A stretch of DNA of 64,000 nt from an uncultured virus (IMG/VR IMGVR_UViG_3300031688_000006) (IMGVR_UViG_3300031688_000006); one strand, 5' to 3'. Shown: positions 19,638 to 28,492, counted from the stretch's first letter. Notes: a model not told the origin generated them from the letters alone. Numbers and translations are program-made.

Positions 19638-22207
19638 TGACAAGTAAGAATTTCATAATCAAAAACGGCTTAACAGTAGGAACTACTGAAGTCATAACAT
19701 CTGCTGGTGTAGTTACTGGTGCAGGTGTCAACGAGGCAGTTGACGATAGAGTCAATTCACTATTAACAGCAGGTGCAGGCATTGGGCTTGCATATGATGA
19801 CGCTGCTGGAACATTGACAATCACAGGTAATGTTGGGGACATCACAGGCGTAAACGCTGGTGCTGGTCTAACAGGAACTGCAACATCTGGTGATGCAACA
19901 CTAAACATTGGTGCTGGTACAGGTATTACTGTAAACGCCGATAACATTGCAATCAATTTCAAAGACGAAGACAATATGTCTTCAAACAGTGCAACTCATG
20001 CCGCTACTCAACAATCAGTCAAGGCATATGTAGATTCACAAATACAAACCAAAGATAATACAGACGAAATCACTGAAGGTTCAAATCTTTACTTTACAAA
20101 TGAAAGAGTAGATGACAGAGTTAATGCATTACTAGTTGCCGGAACAGGTATTACATCTACATACGATGATGCCGCTGGAACACTTACACTTAACGGACAA
20201 GTTGGTGATGTAACAAGTGTCGTATCAGGAACTGGTCTAACAGGTGGTGGAACGAGTGGTGATGTAACAGTAAATGTTGTTGGTGGTACAGGTATAATCG
20301 CAAATGCGAATGATATCGCAATCGATACTTCTGTAACAGTAGATTTAACTACTAGTCAAACACTTTCAGGCAAAACACTAACATCTCCAATCTTAAATAC
20401 TGCTCTATCTGGTACTGCATTCTTAGACGAAGACGACTTCTCAAGTAATGCGAATGATAAAGTTGCATCTCAACAATCTATTAAAACATATGTTGATGCA
20501 TCTGTTGCCGCTAAAGACAATACAGACGAGATAACAGAAGGTTCAAGTAACTTATACTTTACAAATGCAAGAGCAGACGCTAGAATAACTAACGCATTAG
20601 TTGACGAAGACAATATGGCTTCAGATAGTGCTACTAAAGTTGCATCACAACAAAGTATTAAGGCATATGTAGATTCAAGTGTTGCCGCTAAAGATAATAC
20701 AGACGAAATTACAGAAGGTTCAAACCTTTATCACACCACTGCAAGAGCAAGAGCATCTATAAGTGCTGGTGGTGACTTAGCATACAACAGTACAACTGGT
20801 GTAATGAGTTTCACGAACGATGCAGGAGATATTTCTTCAGTAGTCGCTGGAACTGGTACAACAGGTGGCGGAACTGCTGGTGATGTAACAATAAATGTTA
20901 TTGGCGGAGAAGGTATCACTGCAAACGCAAACGATATCGCATTATCATCCTCAGTTGCTGGTGATGGTCTTGCATTCTCATCTGGTGTTTTGAATGTAGA
21001 AGTAGACGATAGTTCTATAGAAACAAGTTCAGATACATTACAAGTAAAAGCAGGTGGTGTTACTAACGCCATGTTGGCAGGTTCTATTTCAAATGCTAAC
21101 CTTGCAGGTTCAATCGCAAACGCAAAATTGGCCAACTCATCAATTACAATAGACGGAAGTGCTGTTGCATTGGGTGGTTCAATTACTACTAATAACACAC
21201 AACTTACACAAGAAAATGTAGAAGACTTTGTTGGTGGTATGTTAGATGGTACCGAAACAGGTATCTCTGTATCATACGATGACACTGCTGGTAATCTTGA
21301 TTTTGTCGTAAGTGGTGTCACAAATGCCATGTTGGCTGGTTCAATCAACCAAGACAAACTTGCAGGTTCAATTGCAAACGCAAAACTTGCTAACAGTGTA
21401 ATAACGATTGATGGTCAATCTACTGCATTGGGTGGTTCAGTCACAACAACTAATACACAAAGAAGTCAAGAAGAAATTGAAGACTTCGTTGGTGGTATGC
21501 TAGATGGTACCGAAACAGGTATCTCAGTATCATATGATGATACAGATGGCAACATCGACTTTGTTGTAGACAACTCAGACTTCGCTCTAACAGGCGATGT
21601 TACTGGTACTGTTACTCAGACTGCAAAAGGTAATGTGTCTATTTCAACAACAATCGCTGCTAACTCAGTTGCACTTGGCTCAGATACAACAGGTAATTAT
21701 ATTGCCGCTGTGAGTGCAGGTACTGGTATCTCAGTAAGTGGTTCTGGTGAAGGCGCAACATCAACAGTCAGTATTGGACAGGCAGTTGCAACATCCGATA
21801 ATGTTCAGTTTGCAAACTTAGTGTTATCAGGCAACTTAACAGTTAATGGTGCAACAACTACAGTTAGTTCAACTAACACAGCAATCGAAGATGCATTGAT
21901 AGAATTAGGGACAGGTACTTCAGGTACGCCTTCTAACGATGCTGGTTTTGTTATTGAAAGAGGAAGTTCCGACAATGTATTCATTGGTTGGGACGAGAGT
22001 GCAGATGCTATAACATTTGGTACTGGTAGTTTTACTGGTGCATCTACAGGTAATTTAAGTATTACACCAAGTGCAGTTAATACAGGCGCCTTGACGATTA
22101 CTAATGCTAGTAACTCAGGCGGAACTGCGAGAAACATATTTCAGTCAACATCAGCTCCAGGCGGAAGTGATGGCGCAGTTGGCGATTTATGGGTTCTCTA
22201 CTCTTAA
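19637..22207 (+). CDS. Tail fibre / virion fibre protein 2
   Basis: Repeated TDEITEGSNLYFT.xR, GDITxVxAGxGLTG and EDFVGGMLDGTETGISVSYDD modules; ends STSAPGGSDGAVGDLWVLYS. Confidence 0.75.
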   Translation: MTSKNFIIKNGLTVGTTEVITSAGVVTGAGVNEAVDDRVNSLLTAGAGIGLAYDDAAGTLTITGNVGDITGVNAGAGLTGTATSGDATLNIGAGTGITVNADNIAINFKDEDNMSSNSATHAATQQSVKAYVDSQIQTKDNTDEITEGSNLYFTNERVDDRVNALLVAGTGITSTYDDAAGTLTLNGQVGDVTSVVSGTGLTGGGTSGDVTVNVVGGTGIIANANDIAIDTSVTVDLTTSQTLSGKTLTSPILNTALSGTAFLDEDDFSSNANDKVASQQSIKTYVDASVAAKDNTDEITEGSSNLYFTNARADARITNALVDEDNMASDSATKVASQQSIKAYVDSSVAAKDNTDEITEGSNLYHTTARARASISAGGDLAYNSTTGVMSFTNDAGDISSVVAGTGTTGGGTAGDVTINVIGGEGITANANDIALSSSVAGDGLAFSSGVLNVEVDDSSIETSSDTLQVKAGGVTNAMLAGSISNANLAGSIANAKLANSSITIDGSAVALGGSITTNNTQLTQENVEDFVGGMLDGTETGISVSYDDTAGNLDFVVSGVTNAMLAGSINQDKLAGSIANAKLANSVITIDGQSTALGGSVTTTNTQRSQEEIEDFVGGMLDGTETGISVSYDDTDGNIDFVVDNSDFALTGDVTGTVTQTAKGNVSISTTIAANSVALGSDTTGNYIAAVSAGTGISVSGSGEGATSTVSIGQAVATSDNVQFANLVLSGNLTVNGATTTVSSTNTAIEDALIELGTGTSGTPSNDAGFVIERGSSDNVFIGWDESADAITFGTGSFTGASTGNLSITPSAVNTGALTITNASNSGGTARNIFQSTSAPGGSDGAVGDLWVLYS

Positions 22208-22234
22208 TAAATAACCATTTAAGGATTATATAAT

Positions 22235-24196
22235 ATGGCGACAGGTTCACAAAAGGTCAAAACACCCACAGGTTGGAATTCTACAAGAGGTGCATGGGTA
22301 AAAACTGCATCAGGTACTTGGAAAGATGCAGAACAAATCTATGTCAAGACTCCAACAGGTTGGAATAACGCATCAGGACAGGCAAGTGTCCAACAACCTT
22401 ATCCGTACATTGCTAACAATCAAGAACCCAATATAAGAAATAGGCAAAACCCTTATCCTTATATTGCTAATGCTCAAGAACCGAATATAAGAGATGCACA
22501 ACAACCGTATCCTTATATTGCTAATGCTCAAGAGCCTAATATTAGAGATGCAAGACAACCTGCGATTTATCAAAATCCAGTAAGCGCACAAGAACCTAAT
22601 ATTAGAAACCAACAAGAACCTAATATTAGAAGTCAACAAGAACCTAATATTAGACCGGCGAGACAACCTTCTACATATCAACATAGAAGTCCGTCAACAT
22701 ATAGAGACCCTAGAACATATCAACATCCGACTACCTATCAGCATAGAAGTCCTTTGACTTATCAGCATAGAAGTCCGTTGACATATAACCATAGGTCGCC
22801 GTTGATTTATCAACATCAATCGCCTTCTACATATAGTAATAGACAACCTAGTACATATAATCATAGGTCACCTTATCAGAGTCCGTTTACTTACAATCAT
22901 AGAAGTCCGTTGACATATAACCATAGGTCACCGTTTACATATCGTAATCCGTTTACCTATAACCATAGAAGTCCTCTAACATATAACCATAGGTCTCCTT
23001 ATAGAAGTCCGTTCACTTATCAACATAGAGAACCGAACACTTATAACCATAGGTCACCTTATCAGAGTCCGTTCACTTATCAACATAGAGAACCGAACAC
23101 TTATAACCATAGGTCACCGTTTACATATCGTAATCCGTTTACCTATAACCATAGAAGTCCTTTAACATATAATCATAGAAGTCCTTACACTTATAACCAT
23201 AGGTCACCGTTTACTTACCGTAATCCGAGTACCTATAACCATAGAAGTCCTTCAACATATAATCATAGAAGTCCTTACACTTATAACCATAGGTCGCCAT
23301 TTACATATCGTAATCCGTTCACCTATCGTAATCCGTTTACATATAACCATAGGTCACCGTTTACATATCGTAATCCATTTACCTATCGTAATCCGTTTAC
23401 ATATAATCATAGGTCGCCGTTTACATATCGTAATCCGTTTACCTATCAGTTGCCGTTCACATATAACGCAAGACAACCGTTTACATATAACGCAAGACAA
23501 CCAGGCACATATAACAACAGACAACCGTTCACTTACAATCATAGAGAACCGTATACTGTTAATGCAAGACAACCGTTTACATATAATGCTCGTACTGGAG
23601 TTAATGTCCAATCTGTTGGACAACAACCAAGTATTTACTCATTCCGTAACCCGTTCAACTTCCCAGGTGGTGGCGGAGGTTGCTTCGCTCCAGGTTCATT
23701 GATATGGCTTGCAGATGGAAGTCATTCGCCTATTGAAGATTGTGTTCTTGGTCAATATGTAATGACTTGGAACGAAAGTACAAAACTTCTAGAACCTAGA
23801 GAGATATCTCTAATCATGCAACCAAGAATGTGTCCTATATTTGATGTTACATTCTCAGATGGAAGAGTATTACAAATGACTGATACTCATCCATTAATGT
23901 TACCAAATGGTCAATGGGGTGCATTAGATGTTGAGAAATCAGTTAGAGAACATGAATGGATGCAAGATATAGAAACTCATGAAATCGCAATTGGCGATAG
24001 TATCTTTAGTATGTTAGATGGTATAATGTTTGACAGACAAGATGAAATGGGCTTAGAAATAGTATCTGTAGAAGAACATTCAGAGATGGAAGTACATAAC
24101 TTAAGTGGAGTTCAAGACAACAATAACTTCTTTGTTAATGGAATGCTCGCTCATAACTTTGGTAATCAGTTCCAGTCTCCACAGGTTAAGAACTAA
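22235..24196 (+). CDS. Mirror-pair 2 strand C: N-terminal VKT..GW adaptor, 418-aa repeat array, C-terminal Hint domain
   Basis: aa 1-52 three VKTxxGxW repeats; aa 53-470 QEPNIR then RSPFTYNH repeats; GGGGG-CFAPG...TDTHP...FFVNGMLAHN. Confidence 0.85.
   Translation: MATGSQKVKTPTGWNSTRGAWVKTASGTWKDAEQIYVKTPTGWNNASGQASVQQPYPYIANNQEPNIRNRQNPYPYIANAQEPNIRDAQQPYPYIANAQEPNIRDARQPAIYQNPVSAQEPNIRNQQEPNIRSQQEPNIRPARQPSTYQHRSPSTYRDPRTYQHPTTYQHRSPLTYQHRSPLTYNHRSPLIYQHQSPSTYSNRQPSTYNHRSPYQSPFTYNHRSPLTYNHRSPFTYRNPFTYNHRSPLTYNHRSPYRSPFTYQHREPNTYNHRSPYQSPFTYQHREPNTYNHRSPFTYRNPFTYNHRSPLTYNHRSPYTYNHRSPFTYRNPSTYNHRSPSTYNHRSPYTYNHRSPFTYRNPFTYRNPFTYNHRSPFTYRNPFTYRNPFTYNHRSPFTYRNPFTYQLPFTYNARQPFTYNARQPGTYNNRQPFTYNHREPYTVNARQPFTYNARTGVNVQSVGQQPSIYSFRNPFNFPGGGGGCFAPGSLIWLADGSHSPIEDCVLGQYVMTWNESTKLLEPREISLIMQPRMCPIFDVTFSDGRVLQMTDTHPLMLPNGQWGALDVEKSVREHEWMQDIETHEIAIGDSIFSMLDGIMFDRQDEMGLEIVSVEEHSEMEVHNLSGVQDNNNFFVNGMLAHNFGNQFQSPQVKN
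23681..24157 (+). other. Hint (intein-like) autoprocessing domain, 159 aa, no endonuclease
   Basis: Cys1 (CFAPGSLIWLADG), block B TxxH (TDTHP), terminal HN; +1 residue is Phe. Confidence 0.85.
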
Positions 24197-24242
24197 TGAA
24201 TCTAATAATCAATAAAAACATGATAGTAAGGGGTAATATCTA

Positions 24243-25571
24243 ATGCCACAACAACCGGTAATAGCAAACGCTCGAGCGAGTGTCAGGTCCCCTAGTATAG
24301 GACAACAACCTTACATTGCAAATGGTCAAACTCCATTTATTCAACCTACGCAGGGTCCTGCTATAAGAAACGGCCAGACACCGTACATCGCTAATAGTCA
24401 GACGCCTTATATTGCTAATGGACAGACACCTTATATTGCTAATGCGAGGTCGCCTAGAAACGGTCAATCGCCTAGTAATGCACAAGAACCTAATATTAGA
24501 AGTGCTCAGTCACCTAGTAATGCTCAGTCACCTAGTAACGCACAAGAACCTAACATTAGAAGTGCCCAGTCACCTAGTAATGCTCAGTCACCTAGTAACG
24601 CACAAGAACCGAACATTAGGTCTATACAAGAACCTAATATTAGAAACAATCAGCAACCTAATATTAGAAATGCTCAGACGCCTAGTAACGCACAAGAACC
24701 GAACATTAGGTCTATACAAGAACCTAATATTAGAGCTCAACAAGAACCTAATATTAGAAGTGCCCAGTCACCTAGTAACGCACAAGAACCTAATATAAGA
24801 AGTTATCAGTCTCCTTATATTGCGAGCGCACAACAGTCTGCTCAAGAACCTAATATAAGAAGTTATCAGTCTCCTTATATTGCGAATGCTCAGCAAACAG
24901 CACAACAACCTAACATTAGAAACCAACAAGAACCTAATATTAGAAATGGTCAGTCACCTAGTAATGCACAAGAACCTAACATTAGAAGTCAACAAGAACC
25001 TAATATTCGTTCAGCACAACAATCAGCACAAGAGCCGAATATCAGAAATGCTCAGACTCCTTATATTGCGAATGCACAAAATCCATTTGCTAGAAGTCAA
25101 CAAGAACCTAACATTAGAAACCAACAAGAACCTAATATTAGAGCTCAACAAGAACCTAATATAAGAAACAGACAGACTACTTCTAATTATCAGAATCCTG
25201 TAAATGCTCAGAATCCATTTATTAGAAATGCTCAGACACCATTTACATATGACCATAGAAGTCCGTTGACATATGACCATAGGTCACCATTGACTTACAA
25301 TCATAGAAGTCCGTTTACTTACAGAAATCCTTCAAGTAGTCAGACTCCGTTTACTTATGACCATAGAAGTCCTTCGACATATGCTAGACAAGGTCAAACA
25401 CCTTTCACATATCAACATCAAAGTCCTTCAACATATGCTAGACAAGGTCAAACACCTTCTACTTATGACCATAGAAGTCCTTCGACATATGCTAGACAAG
25501 GTCAGACAACTGTTATCCGTGGGGATGGTGTTCTATCGCAAACGTGGCCAGGCACTCCTATATCGTCATAA
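24243..25571 (+). CDS. Mirror-pair 2 strand D: 418-aa repeat array
   Basis: aa 3-420 QEPNIR/QSPSNA then RSPxTYDH repeats; almost no non-repeat sequence. Confidence 0.85.
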   Translation: MPQQPVIANARASVRSPSIGQQPYIANGQTPFIQPTQGPAIRNGQTPYIANSQTPYIANGQTPYIANARSPRNGQSPSNAQEPNIRSAQSPSNAQSPSNAQEPNIRSAQSPSNAQSPSNAQEPNIRSIQEPNIRNNQQPNIRNAQTPSNAQEPNIRSIQEPNIRAQQEPNIRSAQSPSNAQEPNIRSYQSPYIASAQQSAQEPNIRSYQSPYIANAQQTAQQPNIRNQQEPNIRNGQSPSNAQEPNIRSQQEPNIRSAQQSAQEPNIRNAQTPYIANAQNPFARSQQEPNIRNQQEPNIRAQQEPNIRNRQTTSNYQNPVNAQNPFIRNAQTPFTYDHRSPLTYDHRSPLTYNHRSPFTYRNPSSSQTPFTYDHRSPSTYARQGQTPFTYQHQSPSTYARQGQTPSTYDHRSPSTYARQGQTTVIRGDGVLSQTWPGTPISS

Positions 25572-25598
25572 ATATAAGACAATTTAGGAATTTACATT

Positions 25599-27167
25599 AT
25601 GAGTATCAAAAGCAAATCATTCGAGCATACAAAGGAATTACTCCAAGGACTCGACCCAACAGATAAGAGTTTTCATCTACAGTTGGGTCAGTTCGATGTT
25701 CTAAAAGACTACAAAGAAACCGACACATACAAATCATTAAAGTATGTTACAGAGAATCACACCGGAAAACTAAAACAAGTTAAATGGGGTGACATGACTA
25801 AACTAATCAAGGAAGAGAAATTTCTTGGTTGGAATAAACTACAGTCCCATGCATGGGCATATCATTACTTTCTACCCCACGGATATACTGCACCACCTGA
25901 AACTCCTGTACCAGGAATTTCGTCCATGGATTTCAAAAATTCAAATAACGAATATCAGAAGATGCAAGACTTCACTGATAAAGACTTTGACGACCAACAG
26001 AATAACAGTATCAACTCTGTATATTATCATGGCGCCAAGGCTCATTGGTTAGTAGACAGTATCAGAGAAGAGGGTTTATGGAATGCGATTCAAGGCACCG
26101 TAAGTACAGCAGGTAAAAATCGTCATGGAGAATTGATGTATCAGTTATCAATACATCCAGGTTCAGTTCGTTCTGGTGTATTTGAAACAATGAATGACCC
26201 AAATTTAGATTTATGGATATGGGACAATCATGATGCTATACCTTTGCCAGAGACATCTATAGATGATATGATTGATGAGATGAAAGGACAACTTGTAGAA
26301 CGAGATGCAGAACACTATTCAATATCTTTTGCATATACTCGTGGTTACTTAGAGATACATAGTGACTTGTTGAAGATGAACTTCAGAGGAAGTGTAACCG
26401 ATTATAACATGAAAGTGAACCAGTTGTCAAAGGGTAAACATCTAAACATATACATTGGTTATGATTCTAGACATACTAATATCGCTGAGTTAAGTGCAAA
26501 GTGTGTTAAAAGTAGTATATTATCTGGTGCCGGTAGAGGCGATGTGCATGATATGTTGGGAGATTGGACTCCTGAGGTTAAGTATCTTGACATATCAAAG
26601 ATTCCAGAGTATACTAGAGAGTATGCAGCTCAATCAACAGAGTTCACATATAGTAGATTCTTAATTCCTTACTTAGAAAACTATGAAGGATTTAGTATTT
26701 TTATTGATGATGATATACTATTCAATGAAAGTATCTTACCAATGTTCTACTACTTAGACTTAGATGATGCAGTTGCATGTGTACAGTATGATTTTGATAG
26801 TTATGCTGAAACAAAATTTAACGGTGAAAAGAATGTATCTTACCCTAAAAAACTTTGGTCATCATTAATGATATTTAATAATGGTCACGAAGACTGTAAG
26901 AAACTTACACCAGAAGTTGTTAATACTGAAAGTGGTAAATATCTACATCAATTCGAATGGACAGATAAGATATCAGAGATACCAGAGTGGTATGTTATAA
27001 CAGAAGGACACGATACAATAGAAGATAAGTGGCGTGCTTGTGCTGTACATTACACACGAGGCGGTCCTTGGATTGAGGGTATGGATACCTCTCAGATAGA
27101 ACACCTAAATATGTATGAGAAATTAAGAAACAAACATCAACCAAAAGAGGTGTTTAAGTGGTCTTAA
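25599..27167 (+). CDS. Two-domain protein with C-terminal GT-A glycosyltransferase (GT8-like)
   Basis: IYIGYDSR, STEFTYSRFLIPYL, FIDDDILF (DxD), KLWSSLMIFN, VHYTRGGPW; N-terminal domain weakly ParB/Srx-like. Confidence 0.75.
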   Translation: MSIKSKSFEHTKELLQGLDPTDKSFHLQLGQFDVLKDYKETDTYKSLKYVTENHTGKLKQVKWGDMTKLIKEEKFLGWNKLQSHAWAYHYFLPHGYTAPPETPVPGISSMDFKNSNNEYQKMQDFTDKDFDDQQNNSINSVYYHGAKAHWLVDSIREEGLWNAIQGTVSTAGKNRHGELMYQLSIHPGSVRSGVFETMNDPNLDLWIWDNHDAIPLPETSIDDMIDEMKGQLVERDAEHYSISFAYTRGYLEIHSDLLKMNFRGSVTDYNMKVNQLSKGKHLNIYIGYDSRHTNIAELSAKCVKSSILSGAGRGDVHDMLGDWTPEVKYLDISKIPEYTREYAAQSTEFTYSRFLIPYLENYEGFSIFIDDDILFNESILPMFYYLDLDDAVACVQYDFDSYAETKFNGEKNVSYPKKLWSSLMIFNNGHEDCKKLTPEVVNTESGKYLHQFEWTDKISEIPEWYVITEGHDTIEDKWRACAVHYTRGGPWIEGMDTSQIEHLNMYEKLRNKHQPKEVFKWS

Positions 27168-27192
27168 AGAAAAATTAAATTATGGAGTTATT

Positions 27193-27744
27193 ATGAATAT
27201 GTTAATTTATTGTGAGAATGGTCATCTTACTATCAGAAAACCAAATGGCCTAGAATGGAGACATGAGAATGTCGACAAACCAGAATTGGGATTTGACTAT
27301 GATGTTTTAATCTATGATGATATCGAAGTTAAGATTATGGAGTGGAAAGACGATGTTCAGTTTGATGACCAAGTTAAACTTTCACTTACAGATGTAGAGT
27401 CAGATGCAATTGAGAATTACATTGAGAATTCTACACCACCTAATGATGTAACATTAGCAAATCAATACAGTCAACAAATCAATGATGTTTGTAGAGAGTA
27501 TACAGAACAACAAATGAATTCTTATGGATTCGAAAGTTTAGTAGATACTATGGCAGCTGCGAGAGATGGTTCAAATCATCCTTTAAGGTCAGATGCAAGA
27601 CGAGCATTAGAATACTATGATGTAATGTGGAATATTTACATCAATGTAATGAATGAAGTCAAGGCAACTAGAGAAGATTTATTACCAAATGTTGATGACT
27701 TCATTAATAGATTTCCTCAACCGCAACAAGCATTGATTGAATAG
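27193..27744 (+). CDS. Hypothetical protein, possibly tail-fibre assembly/chaperone-like
   Basis: GGAG SD; helical C-terminal half; located after the fibre genes. Confidence 0.45.
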   Translation: MNMLIYCENGHLTIRKPNGLEWRHENVDKPELGFDYDVLIYDDIEVKIMEWKDDVQFDDQVKLSLTDVESDAIENYIENSTPPNDVTLANQYSQQINDVCREYTEQQMNSYGFESLVDTMAAARDGSNHPLRSDARRALEYYDVMWNIYINVMNEVKATREDLLPNVDDFINRFPQPQQALIE

Positions 27745-27748
27745 TAGT

Positions 27749-28492
27749 ATGTCTAAGTTTGACTTAGAAATAGTTGAGATAGATAAACCCTTTGCTATCC
27801 AAGAGATGCCTTTGGGAAATAAAATCTATGTGATTGATGACTATCTTGAACCAGCGATACATCGTTGGGTTCATAAAACTATTAGTCAAGGACCTAGATG
27901 GTCTAAATCGAATCAAGTAAACGCACAACATCCTACAGGTTTACCGCACCACTCCCTTTGGGGAGCATCTTTCTTTAAGACAGATAATAATGGCGCACCG
28001 ATGATGGAAAAGGGCGAAAATGATTGGACAACTGAGTCCGCTAGATGGTTTAATAGAAGAATATGTACAGATTTTCAATTCAAATGGAAAAGATTTCAAT
28101 ACATGGGCACCAATTCTCAGACTCATGGTCAACACGGAACAACTCACTCAGATTGTGCAGCTGAAGATGATTGGAACATATCGTTTCTATATTATTACAA
28201 CACATTCTGGAATCCTGCATGGGGTGGTGATTTAAGATTCTATGAACCCGATGTTTATCAAGCAGGTTTAGACGGTAGAGATGAACACATAGAAAAACAT
28301 TCAATAGGCAGTGTCGAGTTTAAACCAAACAGACTATTGATGTTTGACGGAAGAATACCTCATGGTGCAGATGCACCAAATTCTAGGGCCAGATACGCAG
28401 ACAGATGTTCTATAGTACTTAGAGGTGACGAAATAGAACTTATTGAAAAGGAAGAATTATATAATGCCAACGATAGATTTCACTACATTTAA
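27749..28492 (+). CDS. 2OG-Fe(II) oxygenase
   Basis: HSD...WGGDLRFY...FKPNRLLMFDGRIPH...R (HxD/H/R triad). Confidence 0.8.
   Translation: MSKFDLEIVEIDKPFAIQEMPLGNKIYVIDDYLEPAIHRWVHKTISQGPRWSKSNQVNAQHPTGLPHHSLWGASFFKTDNNGAPMMEKGENDWTTESARWFNRRICTDFQFKWKRFQYMGTNSQTHGQHGTTHSDCAAEDDWNISFLYYYNTFWNPAWGGDLRFYEPDVYQAGLDGRDEHIEKHSIGSVEFKPNRLLMFDGRIPHGADAPNSRARYADRCSIVLRGDEIELIEKEELYNANDRFHYI

Noticed and set aside
23681..24157. Mobile intein with homing endonuclease
   Set aside because: Only 159 aa, no LAGLIDADG or HNH motif, and +1 is Phe
24158..24243. Genes C and D (or A and B) as one frameshifted or read-through hairpin protein
   Set aside because: The partners are in different frames; C ends TAA-TGA and D has its own AAGGGG SD; no obvious slippery site; A/B show ordinary TAATG coupling
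12050..25502. 24-nt tandem repeats as a CRISPR array
   Set aside because: No unique spacers, variation is concentrated at third codon positions, repeats are in frame within ORFs, and no cas genes are present
11924..25571. Mirror symmetry explained by DNA inverted repeats or antisense coding
   Set aside because: The reverse complement of the HRSPFTY coding unit (e.g. CATAGAAGTCCGTTTACTTAT gives ATAAGTAAACGGACTTCTATG) does not match the QEPNIR unit (CAAGAACCTAATATTAGA). Both genes are on the + strand, so the symmetry is at protein level
13561..25571. Q/N-rich repeat proteins as amyloid cargo of the CsgG channel
   Set aside because: They lack signal peptides, are Pro-punctuated and sit in virion fibre operons; the ORF at 63339 is the better cargo candidate
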